This document shows, one piece after another, positions 26,835 to 38,700 of a stretch of DNA of 64,000 nt; within the stretch, counting starts at the first letter, position 1; every line of letters begins with the position of its first letter. The DNA is taken from the NCBI RefSeq assembly GCF_009834535.1, contig NC_045696.1, positions 91,576,001 to 91,640,000 on the forward strand, given 5' to 3'. Source of the DNA: Camelus ferus (taxonomy: Eukaryota). The position numbers and the translations under genes are program-made. The notes beneath the pieces were generated by a model that worked only from the letters and a program-made list of their open reading frames with translations, did no database searches and had not been told where the DNA came from.

Positions 26835-27393
26835 CACTGCCACTATGAGGAAACATTACCCTGGGACAAAACTAGACTAGGTCTCCAGTGAGTTTAATGT
26901 CACAGGGTACATTATTTAAATCACTCTAAATAACAGTTCTTCTAAAGCACCTGTGGTGGGCCTGGAGAAAGCTTGTTCTTTGGTTACACAGTAAGGTGAA
27001 TTATTCTTGCTGTAATAACCAATGTTACATCTACCCCGGAGAAACAGCATTACCCTAGAGCCTTTGGATGCTGTCACGGACTGTCACTGGATTGGGCATC
27101 AGGAAAACCGGAGTTCAAACCTCACCTCTGCTACTCAATCTAAAATCTTCATCATTTCATTTCTTTGAATTTCCCTTTCCTCACATTTAATGTGGTCTTT
27201 GTCACTCTACGGAATTCTGTTTACTGGCCAGTCTTCCCCTCTTTGGTCTTAGCATGTAGTGTAATATAGTTTAGTGGGTACTCACTAGAGGTTTGTTGAA
27301 ATAATTCTTTCCAATTCTACAAACTTTCATATTGAGCCATTTTTCTTCTTTGAAATAATGTATATAAAATCTGTTAGTAAGAATGCAAAAAAA

Positions 27394-27487
27394 AGGGGGG
27401 GAGGGAGGGCATAGCTCAATGGTAGAGCGCATGCTTAGCATACACAAGATTCTAGGTTCAATCCCCAATACCTCCATTAAAAAAAAT
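27394..27487 (+). mobile_element. tRNA-derived SINE (short form)
   Basis: TAGCTCAATGG ... GGTTCAATCCCCAATACCTCC followed by an A tail. Confidence 0.85.
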
Positions 27488-30400
27488 ACTACTCACTATC
27501 AAAGAATCATCCCATAGATGACTTATTACAGAGGTGTAAGGGTACCTTTCCAGTGGATAAACCTGGTGGACACCACCTTAACCAAATAATCAAAATTAAC
27601 TGAAAAGTGGACAATAATTGGACATCAAGTGTCACTTGCTGTGAAGCTTAGAGAAAGATTCATCATCTATGAAGTGTTTCTGGGAAAATATTTAACCTGA
27701 ATCTAATAATAATTTAATCATTAACAACTACAAATTAAGGGACATGCTGCAAAACAGTTGACCTGGAATCATGAAAAATTCTATAAAAGACAAAAACTCT
27801 AGGGAATTGTATATTAAAGAGATGTGGTAACTATGCAGGGAACTTGATGTGAGGCTCATTTATCTTTGTTTTATAATATTCAAAATAGCTAATGTGTTAC
27901 TCAGATTCCCAGAAGTTACCTCCTGTTCCCGCTGAGAAAACTAATTAAATGTGAAGGGAGCTTCAGAAAAGCTGATTCTTCCTATTCCTAAAAGTTTCTT
28001 CAGTGAAAGACTGCTTGTGTTGAATGCTTATTGGAAATAGAAAACACTACTAAATGAGGTCAGCTCCTTCACTGCTCAAAATAAAATTATAACTCTCAAT
28101 CCTTAAAAGGAAAATGGAATCATTTTTTAAAATGTCATTTTCAGCGACTTGCTAGGTCCTTTCTATTTTTGATTGCCTAGGCCCAGTTAGAGGGAAACAA
28201 ACAAAGGGGAACAAAAATGGAGCTACTAAAAAGCTTGAGGAAATAAATGGTCTTAATATTAGAGTTTCTGATTTATAACTCTTAATTTTTCTTGAGGCAA
28301 TCACTGCTTTACACCCCCTAGAGCTCATGAAAGCCTCCAAAAATGAGGGCCTGTTCCCCAGCCCCTCACATTCCAGCCCCTGCCCACCTCTGCAGCCTCT
28401 TCAGTCCCTGCTGTACAGACACACACTATTTTCTAGAATGCCAGAACATTCCTCGTGTAAGTCTTCTTTCAGTTAATATAAGTTTAAGATAAAGGAATAA
28501 AAAGGAAGTTATTTGTTCACATAACTGAAAATCCCAGGCGTAGAATATACAATACGGCTAGAAGGAGGGGCATAAATGAAGTCCTGGATTGGGTTTCTAT
28601 CTCTGCTCTCTGCTTTTTTCTGCTGGCTCCATTCTCAAGCCGGTTCTCCTCTGTAGCTCCGGGCTGACATCCTCCTCAGCAGTCCCAGCAGAAACAAACA
28701 CCTTTCTCCCTGTCCCTGGCCAGGGCTACAGCCAAGTCCACTTGGCTGTTGTCTTGAACCAATCACTAGGAGGAAGTGGAGGGGGATGGGAGATGCTGGG
28801 GAAGAGGTCAGCCCCACCCAAACCACCTACACTGAGAATGGAGAACTTGTGGGTCCCTATGGAAAAATGAAAGGAGGGAGACAGGATGCTGGGCAGGCTA
28901 AAACAACAGATGTCCCCTGCATTTCTCAACACACCAAGCAATCTCATACCTCCCTGTCCTGGCTCCTGTTTGTCCTCTGCTTAAAATGCTCTTCCACACT
29001 TACCCTTCTGACAAATCCCTGTGTAGCCTTTGAAACCTAGATCATATATTGCCTCCTGTTTGCCAGCTGCTTTGTTCATAGAATTACCCCATCCACAGAA
29101 CCATTTCTTTACCTTGTACCTATTCCTGTTATCATACCGAATTGGATTTTTAATTAATTGCAAATATACGTTACATATGTTCACTACTGAAAAATTCAAA
29201 GAGTAATACCACTCAGAGTGGCCCATGGACTGGCACCAAACTCTGAACTATTTGTTATGGTCCTTAATAAGTACAGAAATTGAGAGTGAATGTCTCAGAA
29301 TTGTTAGGGTTATTTGACTGAATAATTTTGTCTGTTGAATCTAATAATAAACAATACAGGCTTGCATTTTTATTTTACTAGTAATTCATCATATATGTAG
29401 TTAATTTCATATAAAAGGAATCACAATATACATATTGTGCTGGAACTTCCTTTTGTTCACTTATTAATCTATCTCAGATATCCTTTTTATTTTCCTTTTT
29501 TAAAGCATTAACCAGAAGTATCACATTTGTATATCTGTGTATCATCTACAAACTCCTTGAAGGCAAACTCTGTCTTGTTCATCACCATATCCCCAATGCC
29601 TGGAATAGAGCCTGGTACTTAGTTGTCAATAAATAATAAGACTTTAAAAATGAATGAATGAATACAAACTGTTCACATCTGGCAGACCAAAATCCTTGGG
29701 TCCAAAACAACAGGCATCAACCATTGGCCAACATCAGGTAAATAATTTGCATTTCCAATGACTAGAAAATTAATTAACATATAACCATTTCACCTGACAA
29801 CAACAGTTTGTGGTAGGTGTTCTTAGTATCATCTTATTGGTGAGAAAACTGAACTTTTAAGTGCCTAAATAATTGAAGCAAATTAAGTAATTTGCCTGAA
29901 GTTGTAGCATGACAGGATTTTTCCCCCCAGTAAGTTAACTCCAGAGCCTCCAGGACTCTTAACCATTGGGTTTTACTTCCTCCATACTGAGATTAGCAAA
30001 AGAGATAAGATCATCTAACGTGCTTTAAAGCCTTGCCGTGTAGCTCTTCAGCTAGCAGCCTCAGCATCACTTGGGAGGTTTTTTAGAAATGGGGCTCTCA
30101 GGTTCCACCCAGGTAATTTGTATGCATCTTAAAGTTTGAGAAGCATTTCTTAAAGAATATCAGGAAATGGCAAATCTCACTGCATTGGTTTTCTATAACT
30201 ATTTAAAATTATAACAAATTTAGTGGCTGAAAACAACACAGATTTACATTATCTTACAGTTCTGTAAAGCAGAAGTCCTAAATCAGTTTCCCTGGGCCAA
30301 AGTCCAGGTGTTGGCAGGGCCACACTCCCTTGATGTGGTCTATATGGAGGTCATGCCAACAAGCTCTCCTTACTCTTAAATTGCTGAGTAAAACTAAGAC

Positions 30401-33400
30401 TAGTTGGCCAATTTCTGACACTAAATACCATAAAGAATGAATCCATCCAAAGGCCGTCTTGATTGGATTGTTTGCAATCCACAGATAATTACTGAGTAGC
30501 TATTTGCAGCCTCTCTTTGGACCTTAGTTTCCTTACTTGAAAAAAAAGAGATGAGACTAGATAATAACTTTAGCTCCAAAAGCAAACCTGTGGTTTTGTT
30601 GGCTTTATAGTGCAGTTTATCAAATTGGCACTGGCCTTAACTCTTAGTCACACATGCCCAATTTCTGGACACACCTCCAAAAACTCAGAGCCTCTGCCCA
30701 CACTCACACACCAAAGGACTTCACTGTGTTGCTTTCTGTGAGCTCCTGTACCCCTCTTCCCCCCACACCTCTGGGTATAGCAACTCCAACAGGCCTCCTG
30801 TTTTGCAGCCCAGACCTGTATAGAACAGAGGTGGTAGGGTGTCTAAGTAGCCCCACTGTAAGGACACAGAATAGAGCAGAAGTGGAAACAAGGCTGATTT
30901 GTACAAAGTGCTCCAGAAATAACAGGATAAATGGGGGCCTGTGGCTCCCTATTAGGGAGAGAGGGTTGTGGTAGAAGTAAGATACTTCAGGATGGAACTG
31001 GCTTCTGGATGGAAAGGAAAAGGCAAGACCAGGCTACCTATACAAGGCACTGGGGAAAAACATGCAATTCAGTCCACAAGTTCTGATTAAGTATCTACCA
31101 CGTACACAGTGTCCATCAGGTTCTGTGGAGATGCAAAATAAATGCAAAAATGGTCCTATTTTTAAGGAGTCAATATACTCACCCATGGAGTGATCAAGTG
31201 CATGATGCATGATGTATGAAATCACGTGTCAAAATGTATACTCAAGGTCATAAAAGCTAGGTGTGAGTCCAAAGAAGGGGAAACTAGTAAGAGCTAGATC
31301 AGGTGGAGAAGGCTTCTGGCAAAATGTAAAAAATTACTCTGCCTCTCAGAAAGAAAAAAAGGATTAACAGAAGAGTAAGAATGTTGCAGCCTTGAGAAAC
31401 AAAATGAGGGTAAGTGTGAAATCAGGAATGTAAAGTGTTGATGAAGAGACAGGTCCAGCTGGGCTCAGTTCAAGTTGAGACATAGAGGGGAATTAGGTGA
31501 GGTGGTAATGGGGTAACGAAAGAAGTGACATGGTAAGTTTAGATCGTGGAAAGCCTCAATTGACAAAAGGTGTCTGATCTGTCTTTTATCGCTAACTTTT
31601 TTTTTTTTTTGGAGGAAGTAGAAGAAGGAAATGTATTTCAAGAGTGATTTAGAGATGTCCCAGGATGAATAAGAGATGGGAGAGACTGGAGGCAGGAAGA
31701 CCATTTAAAAAGCTACTGTAATGGTCCAGGCATGAGATAACAGCAGATAGAGTAAAATAGAACAGGCAGATTCAAGAACAATTTCCTCCCTTGAAGGAAG
31801 GAACAACAGGACATCTTTACAATAAAGAAGAAATAACCAAAGATGAGTCAAGATATCTGGATGACCAAAGTCAAAGCATTTTAGACCTGCCCAGTTGGAC
31901 TCCCTCATTTTAAAAAAAGGGAAAACTGTGTTGCTTAAGTGTCAGAACTAGTTCTCAGCAGAGCCAGCAGCAGAATGTCCAGGCCAGGGCTGTTGTGAGA
32001 TTTACCAAGCAGTATAAGCCTAAGTGTTAATAACATATATGTCATTTTCAGAATGACTATTTTTAATGATGAGAGCAACCTGACCAGAATATATTGTAAT
32101 ATAACTGCCATGAGAATAAAGGAAAAAGTCATGTAACTATATGAATAGTTCATGCCTGAAGTCAGATACTCTCTGATTTCTGCTGTAAATAGAAACTTGA
32201 ATAGCAACTTAAGTGTATAAGTTCTCCCTGTTGACATTAACCATGATGAGTTATGCCTTCTTTGCCTGCTTTTTGCACTTACTGATAGCCTTAACATTTG
32301 TCTTTGTGTACCATTCCCTTTATTTAGAGGGTAGCTCCTTCTTACCCTCTAAGTGGGGACTTGCATTTCATTTACCCTTTGCCTAAATTACAGTGCTGTG
32401 TCATTAAACTCTGCTGGTCTACTTATGGTTAACCAATGGCTGAAGAAATTAATGAAATTATACCAATCATAATTTTAGGATTAAAAAACCTGAAAGTTTA
32501 AATAATAATGAAAAAACATGCTCCTCTGAGAGGCTACAGAGACTACTGTAAAGAGAACTGATTTAAGCATCAGGAATATGATTGTTCAGTAGCCCCAGGG
32601 GGGCACAGATATTTCCATTTTTCTCTTTAGACATCGTCAGAAGCCTGCAGGTCTTGATACCTAAAAATGCAATTTTAGTTATCACTGATTTCCTTTTAGA
32701 CATGGGTGAACTCAGGGTCTACTAGCAGGACCTCTGTTGGTTGAGAAAGAATACAGAAAATGTCTTAGACTTAACCATTCTGTTTCTTCTTCCAATGACA
32801 ACTCGATCTTTTACCTTACTAATGGAACAGTCTCACTTGCCTGAACTCATTGCTACTAAAGCTTTCATACGATTAAAACATTCTTTACCCCTTCTTTCAG
32901 GATCTTTTATAACTGAATATGTCTTAGTCTTTCCACATTTTAATGTTGATGTTTTGGAAGTAAGTTCATGGAAAAACAACTTCTTTCAAAATAACTCAGA
33001 AATAATGTAACAAGTTTTCCAAACCATAATTTTCTGGAATTTGACCCTTAAAAGGATAGTCATAATTTTTTTTTTTTTAACATTTGTCCTTAGACAACCT
33101 TGTGGAGCAGAGCCACTAGACCCATTAGTTTCCACCTTTTGGATTAGTCATGGAATTTTTTTTTAAGTTAAAATGAAAAATAACATCACAGTTTGATGAG
33201 TTACTGCTAAGCATATAAAATGTTGGCCCATCTCCTCTACCACCTTTGTTGACGCTTAATGAAGGAATAGTGAAAATGGTCATATCTAGTGGATATAATT
33301 TGGGGTGCAGTCAGAAGGGACTGAGAAATGGGCACAAAGTTGTGGAATAGTCTGGGTAGTTCTGCTCTTCTGAAATGACTGCCAGACACACAAGGTGGGG

Positions 33401-35493
33401 AACAGGGAGGCTCACTGGGAAAAGATATCAGGAATAGAGCAAATAACCCCTCCCTCTCCCAGAACTTCTCACTCCTATGCTTGGGAACTTTCTTAGATTA
33501 ATCATGGACCTAGAGATTAAAAATGCAAAACATATCAAGACATCACAAAGTCGGCTTATTGGAGAGGCTTGGTGGGAGACCCTCTAAATGTTAGAAAATT
33601 GTCCCATTAAGCAATAGTCTTAAAAATGAGTTATGTTACTCTCAAGTCATTACAAATAGAGGTGGTGATTTAATTGAGGCTCATTGTTTCAGTGAAGCAT
33701 ATTACCAATTAGGTTTTTTTTTTTTTTACTTTTTATTTTGAAACAATTGAAGACTCAAAAGAAGTTGCAAAAATAGCGCAAAGATCCTGTGCACCACTCA
33801 CCCAGCTTTCCGCAGTGACACTGTCTTACATAACTATACTGGATGCTCAGAACCAGGAAAATCACATACCGTCAATTAGTTTTTAAAGGTTTCAATGCTT
33901 GTTACAGTATTTTAAATCCCTGCTGAATGTTGGACAGGGAAGTTTCCTGGGAAGCAGCCTAGTCAGAAAGGGGAAGGAGGTAACATACAGAGAGGTCAAG
34001 TGTTTTAACCAGCACCAGAACCGCACTCTCTTAGAGTAATGTTTCTCAGTCCTGGCCGAACCTTCCAATCACTGGAGCATGGGCCCACCCCAAATCAATT
34101 ACATCAACTCCTACAGGTAAGGCTCAGGGCATCAGCGTGTTTTAAAACCCCTCCAGAAGATCCAAAGCTGCAGCCAGGATTCAGAACTACAGATGTAAGT
34201 CTTAACAAAGGTTGATTTAATGTTTTTAATGAGGTTTTTGAATATGTTTTGCTTTAGTGACATCACTGACAATATTGAAATGTATTCAAACTCCCTTTGC
34301 TCTATAGATCCAAATTTCAATGCACTTTTCATAATTAAACAAATTAAGCCTTAAAACTGAGCGACGTAATAGAAAGGCAATGGGGCGTCTCACCCATGGA
34401 CGATGTCTCCGAGGAGGTCTAAGAATGGGATTAAAAAAAAAAAAAGGCTGGAATAAACCAAGATCTACTCCTTTTTCTCTAATTCTAGACTCTAGTAGTT
34501 TGGATCAGTTTCATTGTTAAATCTAAAGAAATTTGGAGCATTGCTAAGTAACATCAGAGGAAGAAAAATCACAAGAGATTGATTTCCCTCCTACTACCTA
34601 ACTACAGTAACCACTTATGAATACACAGACTCCCGGGCATAATCACATTACCTGTGTAAAGTCTCACCCTAAAACTATTTTTGGAAACTAGGGATATTCC
34701 AGATTAATGAAATCTGTGCCGTAGTCGCTGGCTCAGGCCTGAGTTTTGCAAGGGAAGCTGCTAAAGCAGCCGCCCTCCCAGTCATTACGAAGCTTTCGCC
34801 CTACTTCGATACCCCTGGGAACCACATGCTCATCGAAGAGCTTTTTTTGGGAACCAATGTTGTTCACATTCCCGTTTCCTAAAAATACTGAAAAGCAGTC
34901 CTCTCCGGATTCCTTGCGGGTCACTTTAAGTTACAAGTTCATGGGTACACGACCTGAGAGAACCATTTCCACCCGCCAATGCGGGCGAAGGTAAGCCAGA
35001 CGCTTCCCTTTGTATACTCTCAACCTGCGCCACCCAGATGCGGAAAGTTAGAATACGAGAGACCGGAACAAAGGGACGCACGTTCTAGACAAATTATCAA
35101 AGACGCACCGAGGTTATTGTAAATCTTGCCGACTAGAAATTGGGGGTAAAGCTTTTAAAGCTCTCTTATTGTGGTTAAAAATATTAGAAACGAGGCGGCT
35201 TCGACTTGTTTTAGCTAAACAGACCACTGAGGGGGGGGGCCCCAGCGGAGAAGTCGCGCGGTCACGAGGGTCCCACCCAGCGGCCGCCGCACCCGGGCGG
35301 GCGCGAGCGCCGACGAGGCCTGAAGGGACTCGTTGGAGCGCGCCGGTCGGGCGTGGTGACGTCAGGGCGGAAGCGCACGCTGCGTGAAGCGGCCCAGAAC
35401 CCGGCGGTCACGGGAATATCCGTCGCGCCGAGGACGCTGGTTAGTCTCAGTCCGGGTTCCGGCTGCGTTAGGCGTGCGTGCAGCTCGCTGACT

Positions 35494-35796
35494 ATGGCGT
35501 CCGGGCCTCACCCGACCGCGACCGCTGCCGCCGCCGCCTCGTCGGCCGCCCCTAGCGCAGGCGGCTCCAGCTCCGGGACGACGACCACGACGACGACCAC
35601 GACGGGAGGAATCCTGATCGGCGACCGCCTCTACTCGGAAGTTTCGCTCACCATCGACCACTCTCTGATTCCGGAGGAGCGGCTCTCGCCCACTCCGTCC
35701 ATGCAGGACGGGCTCGACCTGCCCAGCGAGACGGACTTGCGCATCCTGGGCTGCGAGCTCATCCAGGCCGCCGGCATTCTCCTCCGGCTACCGCAG
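35494..35796 (+). CDS. CCNL1: CCNL1 coding exon 1 (303 nt)
   Basis: Kozak actATGG; MASGPHP...[19 protein letters not shown]...GILLRLPQ; donor CAG|GTCAGT. Confidence 0.97.
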
Positions 35797-38700
35797 GTCA
35801 GTGCTCCGGGCCGACCGGGTGCGCCTCCCCGCCCCGCCGTTCCCTCCGCTGCGTCCCGGGACCGCCGGGTCCCGGGACCGGGTGGGGATACCCCCCGCGG
35901 GCTTTCCAGCCGGGGCCCGGGGTGCCGGGGCGGGAGGGTGCGGGGCGACGGGAGGACCGGCGGGGAGGGGGAGGGAAGCGAGCGGCGGCACAAAATGGCG
36001 GCGGCGCCTGGTGCGGGCCCGCCTGACCCCTGCGCTTCCGTTCTCCTCTCTTGTCTGCAGGTGGCGATGGCAACGGGGCAGGTGTTGTTTCATCGTTTTT
36101 TCTACTCCAAATCTTTCGTCAAACACAGTTTCGAGGTAAGCAGAGCGGGGGCGGGTGAAAGGGGATTTCTTCATCCGGAAATGCTTGGAAGGAGGGGGCA
36201 GTGTCAGCAGCCAGCTTTTCCAGAATGGGAGTGGTTAGTTTAGGCCTTTGTACCCAGCTCTCACCCACCGGGAAGTAGGGACTTCTGAAATGTTTTAGAG
36301 CTAGAGGGTGGATCCTGGCCCCTAGTGTTCTATTATCAAGAATTAGAATTTTCAGCCAAATGCGAAATTTTTGTGAGATGGAGCTTGACTCTGAATTCAA
36401 AATGAAGGGGGATTAAGCAGTAACAATGAAGTATCATACTAGTGTAGCTAGTAGGCCTATGGCCTAGAAATGTCAGTGGTAGTTTTATTTCACCAAAAGT
36501 TGTCTCATTTGTGTTCTAAAGTTTTATCATCAGAGTAAGTTCGTTAGACTTTGAGAGGGGCACCTTTTCCTAACTATATAGTACCATAATCTAACAACTT
36601 TTTTTTTTATTGGATCCTGGTTCTTTTCAGATTGTTGCCATGGCTTGTATTAATCTTGCATCAAAAATCGAAGAAGCGCCTAGAAGAATAAGAGATGTGA
36701 TTAATGTATTTCACCATCTACGCCAGTTAAGAGGAAAAAGGTAAGATTGGCATTATTGAACACAGCATCTCTTGATACTACTGTACTGTGCACCAATCAT
36801 CAGATCAAAACATTCTTTCCTCTCAAGTTAAAACCGATGCAAAGGAAAACTGACTTTAATTTAGGTGTTAAAAATCACATAGGAACACGCTGATACTTTA
36901 ATTTGAAAAACCACCATTAACCAGTTATCTAAAGTTTGTAGAGGCAGTTGCATTTATGGACAATCCTAACAGTGCTGTGAAGCCAGTCCTGTGGTTTAAG
37001 ATTAAACAAGAAAGGGAATACGTTGGGCTCAAGTGTGAGAGTATTCTGTAAGTTATTTTTCCCCTCCCCTCTCTGGAAGACTGAAGGCTGGAAGTTTAAA
37101 CACTGCAGTTCAAGTTAATATTGTGGCAAAGTTTTGTGTAGATTGTTTTTCACCCAAAGTCCCAGTTAATTCTTTGTCAATTGAGGTTGGCTTTTGTTAG
37201 AATACTTCTCAACATTGAACTACGAAATATCCCATTATACTGGATCTGAAAGGACTGAAGGATGGTAAAGTTTGAAGTCAAAAGGGATTAAACAGGTATT
37301 TTGTTTTGGTCAGATACAGTCTCAGTGAGTGGTTTAGAAAAATAACTGATTGGGTTGCCTTTAGATAAGGCCCATTTAGCTGATCTTTTAAGAAAATAGA
37401 CCAAAAGAGTGTTGTCTTATAGGTGTTGTGGGTACCTGCTAACACTTGATGTGGATCTGTGTGTTCCTGTAAGGCCATACGGAAAAGTTTTAGTTGCAGT
37501 GCTTCCTGCACCTACAGATGACTTCTAGTACATGTTGTGGGAGGATGTACTTGGTGTAGGTTAGTTCTTGTGTTCACTTTCTAAGGGACTGTTGTGATGT
37601 TAGAGAAACTTGTACTCCGTTTGAAAGGAAGATATTAATAAAAGGATTTTATTTGGGGGTTGGGTGTTAGTACTAAGTTAGTGTCCTGTGTGAGTGGTCT
37701 TTTTTTTTTTGCTGATTCCTTAAGTTGGCAGTAGTGGAACCATTCAGAGACAAGCTAGTCTACTTTAGAGTCTGAAACATTGCTATCCAGATGGTTTTCA
37801 CAGCATTTTTCAGTTTTCTTACATTCTTTATTCTGCCATCTTTTCTTATTCACTGTAACCATATCCAGGGATAGACTAATTTTTTATTTCAAAAATGAGT
37901 CTTTTGGTTTCTTGATGAGGAATCCCTGAAAATTGGGAAGCTTTCAATTTAAAGCTTGGTGTAGTTTAAGCCAAAATTTATATTTGGATCTGGCTGGTTC
38001 TTCAGAGTGCGTAAAACAAAATGACACTAATAAAAAGGCTCTTTATCTTTTAGTCAAAGGATTCTCTGTTTGCTTAAAGGAAATAGTTTTCTGTTAGTAT
38101 TCTTTGAATCATTGAACTATTATCATTTATGATTATCTACTTTGAAATTTTTCTTTGAGACTTAAAAAAGAGTATTCTGTCTTGATGTCAGAGTAGGTCC
38201 TTTTAACTATTAAAAACCTTGGGATTTAAAACATCTCACCTGATTTGACTGTCGTGTCTGATGTAACAGTGCAGTTTTTTTTGTCATTATCACAGAGAAA
38301 TTGATTTTGTTTCAGTCTTTGAAGTCTCATTATAGCATGAAATTTAAAAGGAGTTGTTAATTGCATGGAAGCCTTTTTTTAAAGCAGGATGTAAAAGTGT
38401 TTCTATGCATATTACAAGTTTACTCAGACAGGTAGCTTGTATATGTTATTAACTTCAACTCTTTTTTCCCTTGCAACCGACTATACAGCGACCAGCTACA
38501 TTTACCAAAGCCTGGGTGATGTGGAGTGGTACATAGCGATGAAGCTGTCGTCATGGCAACAGTGAGTGAAGTATCGAAAATCCCCAAGGAGAAGCCAGTG
38601 CTCTGAGAATAGGTCACTGGAATCGGGGACTAACAGGTTGGCCACTGGTGAACCATTTAGAAAAACTCCTGTTTCTTGTTATAAGCGTTTGTCTTTGCTG

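Larger units (their letters stand above)
34950..36200 (+). promoter_or_regulatory. CCNL1: CCNL1 CpG-island promoter, extending over exons 1-2
   Basis: Dense CpG; CRE TGACGTCA 35357-35364 next to ETS core CGGAAG 35368-35373; no TATA box seen. Confidence 0.9.

Noticed and set aside
35353..36243. 296-aa ORF as a single-exon protein, or a GTG-initiated N-terminal extension
   Set aside because: It is 5' flank plus exon 1, intron 1, exon 2 and part of intron 2; the GTG lies in the promoter beside the CRE, probably upstream of the transcription start.
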